From positions 1,061,838-1,125,837 of the forward strand of contig NW_019091362.1 of the NCBI RefSeq assembly GCF_001949145.1: a DNA stretch of 64,000 bases. Reading direction: 5' to 3'. A program made the translations under genes and the position numbers. Positions 56,529 to 64,000 of this stretch are shown here, in pieces. The stretch comes from Acanthaster planci (taxonomy: Eukaryota). A model generated the notes under the pieces. The model had not been told where the DNA came from and did not search any database. It worked only from the letters and a program-made list of their open reading frames with translations. Positions within the stretch are counted from its first letter, which is position 1. Each line of letters opens with the position of its first letter.

Positions 56529-56636
56529 TGCATATGCCCAGCAAGAAATGAGACCAAGGGGTACCCCCCCAACATGGCCAATCCCTATACACATTCCAGA
56601 CTATTGTTACTTANAGGGGGGGTTCTCTCCGTCTCA
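56529..56636 (-). repeat. Interspersed repeat, family C (inverted copy with a single-N junction at 56614)
   Basis: Matches 18805-18890; after the N it matches about 18717-18737 (gagacggag.gaacccccc). Confidence 0.7.
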
Positions 56637-57604
56637 CATTTATCCATGATTCATACATTTGACCTTTGTCAGTTTCCCTATTCAACAATGCGTAATGTGA
56701 CCATGTATTAATACAGATGATGCCCGCTGTGTGAAAACGTGCTGGCACTTGGATACGAGAGAGTTTAATCCATTGCTATTGGTCAAGAGTCTGTGTGGGC
56801 CACAGGATACATACCTCAATAAGCACGCACCAAGTCTATATATATAAGGACTACTTGCACAAAGAATATACCATGAAATGGACGGGGGTGTTTGGGAAAT
56901 TAAAGTAAAATTCTTGGAAAAAACCTTCGAAATTTTACATACAATGACTTCTTTTGACTCTCGACTAAAACAGTATTTATAAATGGAAATAAATATGTGC
57001 TTGGTTGGTCTTAAACTAACTTTTAAGACTGGCTGCTTGGCTGGTCTTATACTAATGTTTAAGACTCACTCAGGGGACTGCAGTTTCCATTCTCCTGAGC
57101 TGGTCTTCAACACACGTTTAACTTGACCGGCTAAGCACATATGTATTCCCTTAGTAAAATCAGATATTTGAGTTCTGATTGGCTTAAAATACACACTTAC
57201 CGGGTTGTAGGGACAAAATGTGTGTTGAAATAAACAGAAGTTATGGGGACCCAATATGTTATGGGGAAAAATGAAATCCCTCAACTCGGTCCAACTTTCT
57301 TGACGACAAAACGGTCCCCTTTATGCCGTGCAGGCCTAACCACTTATACTTGCGTCGTGTCCCCGGCCACTGCCGCACGGAGGGAATAATTTCTTGTTGG
57401 GAAGGTTGACACCAAGTTATGGGGACAAAAATGACATTTTTTAATCTCCTGACACATCCATGTTTCAGCACACGTGTGTAGCCCAACAACGTACCGGTAC
57501 TTGCATGTACTTGTTTGGTAGCTATGGGGACTACATAAGTCTTGAAAAAGAGTTTGTGGGAACCAAAAAAGTTGTGGGGCCAAACTTTTGTCCTGCAACT
57601 CAGT

Positions 57605-57738
57605 CTCAGAGGAAAAGAAACTTTCCCTTATGTGTCACCTCAAAGGAAAATGAAACTTTCCCCTATGTGTCATTTCAAAGGAAAGACACTTTCCCCTTTG
57701 TGTCACCTCAAAGGAAAAGAAACTTTCCCCTATGTGTC
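57605..57738. repeat. Roughly 34-bp tandem repeat x4 inside a larger ggggac/gtcccc-rich degraded repeat (about 57200-57840)
   Basis: Unit ctcaaaggaaaagaaactttcccctatgtgtcac. Confidence 0.85.
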
Positions 57739-58054
57739 GTACTGGCCTTGTCACACGTAATGGCACCTTAGTTGCGGGGACCACATGTGTTGGAACATGG
57801 TGTTTATGGGGGAAGACCTTTTGTCCTTACAATGTGGTCCAGAATGAAATAAAGTAAACTGTCCTCTCAACAAAGTGACAGCCAAGGTACACATGCAGCT
57901 TAAACTGCATCATGCACAGGTACGTTTACCATGTTTACCCACTCACGCCTTGAAAACTGTATTCTCCATAAAATAAACAGCATGGCAGTTGAAAGCAATT
58001 GGAACTGCATAGGAACAGATAATGTATCTCCTAACAGTTCTTGTAATCATCGTC

Positions 58055-58555
58055 TCATAACTTGTAAAGTTTTCTTAATGCCATTAGTTTGTCCTGTACA
58101 TCATCGCTTCCTTCCTCTGCAATTTGGCAGGGCTGAAGTTTGCCACTTTCTCTAGTTTCTGGTAGCACATCTTTAGTTTTGGTTTCACTGGATGCAAAGG
58201 CAGATGTTGAGTTTTTCTCAAGACAGCTGGAAGCTTCTTGGAGTTTCTGAAACAACTCCAGACAATCCTGTCTTTCGGGTTTGCTTAAGAAGCCCACCGA
58301 CAGCCCAAAGCGATTTGTTCTTGACAGACTTTCCAGAATACCCACAATGCAATGACAATCACTCCCTCGAAACTGTTGGTTCAAAACTGTCATGAAGTCA
58401 CCCAGGAGACCGAAGCCTATCTCGGCCCGGAAAATGTGACCCAGCTGTTCGGAGCCCAGACCCGTGAGTAAATGGTACTTCTCGCTGGGTGCGTCGCCGA
58501 GAGTTTTCCAACTTTGTATGAATTCATGGCTTGTCTTTGGTAAGTTGTTTGATTC
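58055..58555 (-). CDS. CCDC103: CCDC103 last coding exon (RPAP3_C-like domain) and stop
   Basis: ESNNLPKTSHEFIQSWKTL...KYHLL...LGHIFRAEIGFGLLGDF...LESLSRTNRFGLSVGFLSKPER...LRKLYKL*; acceptor ttctccttgacag. Total protein 273 aa. Confidence 0.93.
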   Translation of the reverse strand, partial: ESNNLPKTSHEFIQSWKTLGDAPSEKYHLLTGLGSEQLGHIFRAEIGFGLLGDFMTVLNQQFRGSDCHCIVGILESLSRTNRFGLSVGFLSKPERQDCLELFQKLQEASSCLEKNSTSAFASSETKTKDVLPETRESGKLQPCQIAEEGSDDVQDKLMALRKLYKL

Positions 58556-59059
58556 CTGTCAAGGAGAAATTTTCTTCGTATAAATCATCAGATTTTGAAG
58601 TTATACAAAGATTGGCAGCATTCCTTTTGTTCATTAACTGAACATGGGTTCCAACAAGATTTTTTTCAGGGGTGGGGCAAACCACTCTTTTGGGGGGGAG
58701 ACAAACTAATAATCATTAACAGAGAGGGGGTCAATTGTTAGGGACATTTTTTTCCAAGCAAATTACTAATTTTTATCCCCTTTCATCTCTTTTGTTCTTT
58801 TCTTTTGCTTTTCGTCCCCCAGTCTTGGCCCAAGACACCAGTAATTGACAGTGATAGTTCCATTTGTTTGAACAACTTTTCTTTTTCTTTCTGGCACTAT
58901 ACTTGTACAAACATCTTAGGAATCTTGAGGGTGCGGTCGTTTTATACAAATAAGACCGCTGGGTATTTTATTATTAGCACCCTCCAACAAATGGCTATGT
59001 ATTGAGTACTTTCTAATGAAAATGTGTACTCTTAGTCGAAACTCATGCAACAAACTCAC

Positions 59060-59231
59060 AGGTTCTCTGCCATGCCTTGGATAACCCACCTTGCGAGAGA
59101 ACTCGTCTTGCTTGGGGTGTTCCTGACCGGCTGTCTTTGAGGTATAAGGGTTCCACGGTTGATTTCGCTTCCCTTCACCAATCTTGTCTTTTTTGTCCAA
59201 AGGTTTGATATGAGCAGCTTTCACAATGTCC
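59060..59231 (-). CDS. CCDC103: CCDC103 coding exon 2
   Basis: (R)DIVKAAHIKPLDKKDKIGEGKRNQPWNPY...GREP, compare human IVLASHLKPLERKDK...PWN. Acceptor ccaacag, donor gtgagt, phases consistent. Confidence 0.92.
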
Positions 59232-59446
59232 CTGTTGGCAACCAATTAAAAAAATCACAGAGACTAGAAGCCAGTTCTCAAAATCTGTAGTTTTTGTATA
59301 CATACAGATTTGCTCTGTAAATTTTTGAACTCATGGTCAAAACTTTTGCAATCTTTTGTCGTCTGGTGTAAATTTAATTTTAGACAATGAATCATCAGAA
59401 TATCAGTCCTAATATATCTGCACAAATAGAACCTACTAACCGTTGT

Positions 59447-59690
59447 GGGTAATTCCAGAAATTAGGGGTCCAAAAGTGTGACAGTTTTATGTCCCAGTTA
59501 CATCTGACCTTTGTTATTTGACATGCAAATATCACCGGCATTGATTTCAAACCATTACTAGTTGTTTGGCAGGTAATTTGCATTAATTCATCACTCTGGG
59601 AAATTAGAAAATGTGTTCTGAACTTACAAAATCACATATCAGATGTGACAGAGACACAAAAAAAGGGACCCTTAATTTCTGGAATTACCC
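59447..59690 (-). mobile_element. Intact 244-bp MITE, family B, with 25-bp TIRs and 4-bp TSD (TTGT)
   Basis: Left end gggtaattccagaaattaggggtcc and right end ggacccttaatttctggaattaccc are a 24/25 inverted match; ttgt flanks both sides. Confidence 0.85.
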
Positions 59691-60233
59691 TTGTATGATC
59701 TGATCTATCAATTCCCTTCACAACATCCACTCACTTAAGTAGAGTGCTTGACAGAGACAATTAATTTTATTCCTAACAATGAGAAGAGATTAATGTGGCT
59801 TGTGTGTGAGGATAATCTGGTTTCACTAAATACAGAATTTTGAATTTCATGAAAAGCACACAAGTCCAACTATGAAACACATTTAAACTATTTTAAGGTT
59901 ACACTGACATTTTGGAAAAGGAGAGTTGGTCAAGGCAGTGTTGTAGTTGAGCTCATCACAAGGCCATTTCAAGTCGAATCACGAGTCCAATCTCAGCCGG
60001 GGATGAGCAATGACACTGGAGGAATGTCATTGTCACAGTTGATTTGAAAAGCTGGTGACTTGATTAGGAATGATTAACTTGTGATGGTCTCATCCACACA
60101 GACAGTACAAGTTGTTCTCTTACTCTCTATCATACATGCAGTGTGTGTTGGGTGGTCGACTTCCCCCACTTCTGTCCGTCCACCCCCACCTCCCACACAG
60201 AAGGCACGCCCACTACAAAGACATTTAATTTAC

Positions 60234-60382
60234 CTGAACTGTTCATACGTCTCGACCCGTTGCTCCACAGCGCGGAATTTGGCGTCATTCTCACGCCAGT
60301 AGCGAGCGTCCTTCTGCACGGCCTCATCTAGTTCCTTCTCTAATTTGCCAAAGTCAATCCAATCTTCCTTCAGATGTGCCAT
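60234..60382 (-). CDS. CCDC103: CCDC103 coding exon 1 (dynein attachment factor N-terminal domain)
   Basis: MAHLKEDWIDFGKLEKELDEAVQKDARYWRENDAKFRAVEQRVETYEQF(R) matches the CCDC103 N-terminus (LEKEL...RENxAKxRAVEQRVxxYEEFR). An acceptor cccag sits 2 nt before the ATG; donor gtaaat, phase 2. Confidence 0.93.
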
Positions 60383-61082
60383 GGCTGGGAATGTCAACAG
60401 ATCATGTAAGTGACGTAACCCCTCCCTTTGATGTATTTTCCTCAGTTCATGTAAGGTCTAAGCATTGACAAACGAGATCAAATATTCATTTTTCACAATT
60501 TGTTTTTATTTGGATTACACAATTACAACTTGCCTCCTGGCCAACTCGCACCTTGGCCGTCTTTCCCCAGCCAACTTGTCCCCTCATTAGAAAGTCAGGG
60601 CTGGCTACTTTGTAAAATGACCAGTTAGCTATCTTGTGAAAGTCATGATTTTTAAGCAGTGATGAAAGTCGCAATGGACAGAGGAACATTGAGTGGAATT
60701 ACAAACTTACATTCGTTTGGATGGGGAAAAAATAAATTCTTAATTGCACTTTCAACAGAGTATGTGGGTGCTGCCACTTTGACAAAGAGAGACGAATGGA
60801 CTCTGTAAAACCCTTTTTAATAGCGCCATGGTTAAACTCTAATCTCTCTGATAAATTAAAACTTCTTTAGAATTTCAGTTAATGAAAAAGGGCAGGCCTA
60901 GAGACTCATACAGAATGTACCCATGAAGTTGTAATAACAAGCCTTGTGCACTTTGTTGCAATTGTAAAGATTGGGTAAAGAGGCTAAAAGGAAAAATGTT
61001 GAGCAATGCCTGAGATATCATGTTCCCAAAACCTGATGATAGTAACACCTGGTATGTATTTTCCGCGAATGATGTCAGACAT

Positions 61083-61357
61083 TTTTGACCTGACACCGAC
61101 CAGATTGGCTGGGTCGCACTGGCTGATATTTTGACCTGACACCGACCAGATTGGCTGGGTAGTACTGGCTGATATTTTGACCTGACCCTGACCATATTGG
61201 CTGGGTAGCACTGGCTGATATTTTGACCTGACACCGACCAGATTGGCTGGGTAGCACTGGCTGATATTTTGACCTGACACCGACCAGATTGGCTGGGTAG
61301 CACTGGCTGATATTTTGACCTGACACCGACCAGATTGGCTGGGTAGCACTGGCTGAT
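61083..61357. repeat. 46-bp minisatellite x6
   Basis: Unit ttttgacctgacaccgaccagattggctgggtagcactggctgata. Confidence 0.95.
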
Positions 61358-62483
61358 CTAGCCCCATAATGTGGCTCATATACTGGACAACCTCCATATA
61401 CAGTGAGCCACATGATTCAATTCAATTCTCTACTGTCCAGAAAAAAATGGAAACTCTTCTTATTCACTTTACATACACAGTCATCACATATCCACATAAT
61501 ATAACACCATAGTAATTAAGCTTACGATTCATATTCAAATGCTTTATGTAATTAATTTGGGACAGTTATTGAGCATTTAGCTATTATATATATTTTAATA
61601 ACAGGAGTTTGTCGAGTTTCAGCAAATTAAAGTTTGAAAAGAGGATTGATAGCATTTAAAAACTTAACATACATGCATTAGAGTGTGTGACCATTGTGGG
61701 GTTAAAATCACCGTTACAATAGCAGTTGTGATGACTTGTTGAGGAGACGGATTGAGAGTGGGACAAAGGAGTTTGTGAATCTTGTTTTACTACAGTTCAT
61801 TGATGGGTAGATTTTCCAGATTTCATAAGAACATAATATGAATGAAAGGGGTGATTTTCAGCATTTGCAATTTCTTCACCTTTTTTTTTCAAAACAATGT
61901 CGGTACACAATGGCCTAGACCTGTCTCCTCTTTTCATCGTGGCACTTTCTTCAAGTCTTCCTTTCTATAAATACCAAACCTGACTACATGACTACAAATC
62001 ATTACACTCTCTATAACTGACTTATAGAAAAATCTCAGAATTGTCCGTCCTACCCACATAGAATGAGTTCCTTTCCTCAAAAAACACATTCTATGTTGAG
62101 CCTTTGAAAGGATAGGCTTGCATTGGTCTTCCGGTGACAGTTATTCAGTGAATGCACTCAGTGACGGCTGTTCTGTGTCCTATCTCGCAATACGCTTTAC
62201 ATCTTGTAGAGATCCCATCAATACATGCAACATTGACATGCAATAGCCGTTGGTACAATGTAAGACCTTTGGGTGTGCACTGTGTGCTTGACCCAAGGTA
62301 CAATATGGCTGCCACCATACTAGTTTCAGGTGATTTTTTTTCCGACATTGCTTCGACATGTCGAGACAACTAGCCTAGAGGCAAAGCAACAGGAAATAAT
62401 TCAGAGGGACTGGTAACATTACCAATATACGCTGTATTGACTTGGGGGATTGCAAATTTGGGGACCCTGTTCCTGTAATATAA

Positions 62484-62772
62484 GGCAGATCAGGTTGGTG
62501 TCGAGGTTTTTCCTCGTCTTCCACATCTGTGGTCCCGGGTTCGATCCCTGGCCTGGTCCACATGTGGATTGGATTTTTAGTCCCTTTCTGATTTTATGGG
62601 TTTTACTCAGAATATTCTTCTGGGGTTTTCCTCCCACCTCTAAAACTGTAACTGCTTCTCACTGTCTCCTCTCTACAGGTTTCTTCAGGCTTGCGAGCTA
62701 CAGTGCCTAGGGTGCTTTTGAGGAATCCTTGGTGTCATTACCAGAAATGATCAATAATATTTGTAATATTTG
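62484..62772 (+). mobile_element. tRNA-derived SINE
   Basis: A-box-like tggtgtcgagg near 62495, B box ggttcgatccc (62538-62548), SINE-type core ggggttttcctcccacctctaaaac and an AT-rich repetitive tail (aataatatttgtaatatttgt). Confidence 0.7.
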
Positions 62773-63189
62773 TAGGGTTGATGTTGTCAAAAAAGGGCAG
62801 TGTTTTGACAGAAAATATGAGGGGAAACTGTGACCAATTGACCATGGCGGATTCAAATTTGCACAGTTGGTTTATCAGTAAGAAAGTCACATTTTCTCAC
62901 AATTTACAATTTGAAATTTCCCAAAAATAGGGTCAGCGTAAATAAAGAGAAAATTGCCTTTGGTTTTGGGGGCACTGACCAGTTTTACAAGATTAAAATG
63001 ACACAAAAAATGGGAGGGGGGGTACCCAAGTATAAACTCCTCTTGACTTGAACGCTTGGAAAAAATTGCCAATCTCATTTTGGGGGAGCCTTAGCAACGG
63101 GGTCTCTCCACACATAACACGAATGGTATTGTGTGGCTGGTACATGTATTATGAACCACATTATGAGGCTGGCTATGGCCAGTTACTGG

Positions 63190-63755
63190 ACAAGTCGACC
63201 GTTAAGACAAGTTGTCTGTCAAGACAAGTCGACTTTGACCCAGAGACAACTCAACTATGGGAGGACTGCATAGGTACGTGGCAAGCGTGTGCGAACGTTA
63301 AGCTGTAACTTAGCACAAACTGCAAGGCGACGTGTTTGGGCCAAATTTGCAGGAATTGCATGCACAGGCCTCAAGGCACAGAACACGCGGGAATGGTTTC
63401 ACAACTAGTGGCAATGGATGGTGCATGCACGGCATGGTAAAGGTACGATCCTAGGCCTACCATCTTCTCCTCTATTCAACTTCTTTGAATTTTACTTTCT
63501 TTGATGTAAAAAGTGCGCCTTGTTGAAAGGAATGCTGGTCAAGTCGTACGTGTGCCAGCTTGTACCCCAGCCTCAACAAACTTACGAGTTCCACCCACAA
63601 GTTGGCATGATGGCCCTCACAGTGTGCACCATAGCTAGAAGAAACCCAAATAAACAAGTCAACCTGTCTTAACGGACGACTTGTCTCGATGGTCAAGTTG
63701 TCTTTCAGTTTGACGCAGACGGTCGAGTTGTCCCAACAGCCAAGTTGTCTGGACC
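63190..63755. repeat. Inverted arms built from gacaagt/gacaact subrepeats (foldback or MITE-like)
   Basis: gacaagtcgaccgttaagacaagttg (63190) is a near-inverted match to caacctgtcttaacggacgacttgtc (about 63660-63685), with repeated agttgtc motifs to about 63750. Confidence 0.5.
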
Positions 63756-64000
63756 CCCTATGGCCAATCATGCAGATCAAATCCAAACAGACATTTCTAA
63801 AAGGGTATCGGTCACTTTGCCCCTTTCCTACTTTGCCCCATTTCAACCTGGCCCCACTGATTATCATACATTCTTTTCTTTCAGCTTTAAGAGAGGCATG
63901 CAACAAATAAAAAAGGTTTGAGTACCTTGCCAAGTCAGAGGTTCCGATTCAAACACGGCAAATGTTAGGCCTAGTCTTGCCCCAAGACTGGTTTTACTGT

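Noticed and set aside
60875..61413. Three overlapping repetitive ORFs on the - strand
   Set aside because: Products of the 46-bp tandem repeat, which is not a multiple of 3; no recognisable domain.
62484..62560. Possible tRNA gene
   Set aside because: A and B boxes are present but no convincing cloverleaf; it continues into a SINE-type body and tail.

Overview
Eukaryotic (metazoan invertebrate, AT-rich, TACATGTA-rich) genomic DNA with four N gaps; nearly all entries in the ORF track are spurious. Most of the window is one large multi-exon + strand gene for a retinoic acid receptor (RAR, NR1B). Seven core coding exons (32399-50364) splice in frame at GT-AG sites into a DBD, hinge and complete LBD. 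Upstream lie a 423-bp poly-Gln A/B-domain exon (24550-24972), a probable first coding exon ending at 6256 and a probable 60-bp 5'UTR exon (1441-1500); the longest model is about 527 aa. Downstream and convergent is a three-coding-exon CCDC103 (dynein attachment factor) gene on the - strand (60382-58055, 273 aa). Non-coding DNA holds MITE-like elements, a tRNA-derived SINE, minisatellites and local duplications. Most notable: six perfect nuclear-receptor direct repeats (DR1/DR2/DR3) within the RAR locus, suggesting autoregulation; a ligand pocket that keeps the carboxylate-anchoring Arg but differs from vertebrate RARs; identical 154-bp repeats bracketing one LBD exon; and RAR-CCDC103 linkage that echoes human 17q21. 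I found no prokaryote-type system and cannot identify the species.
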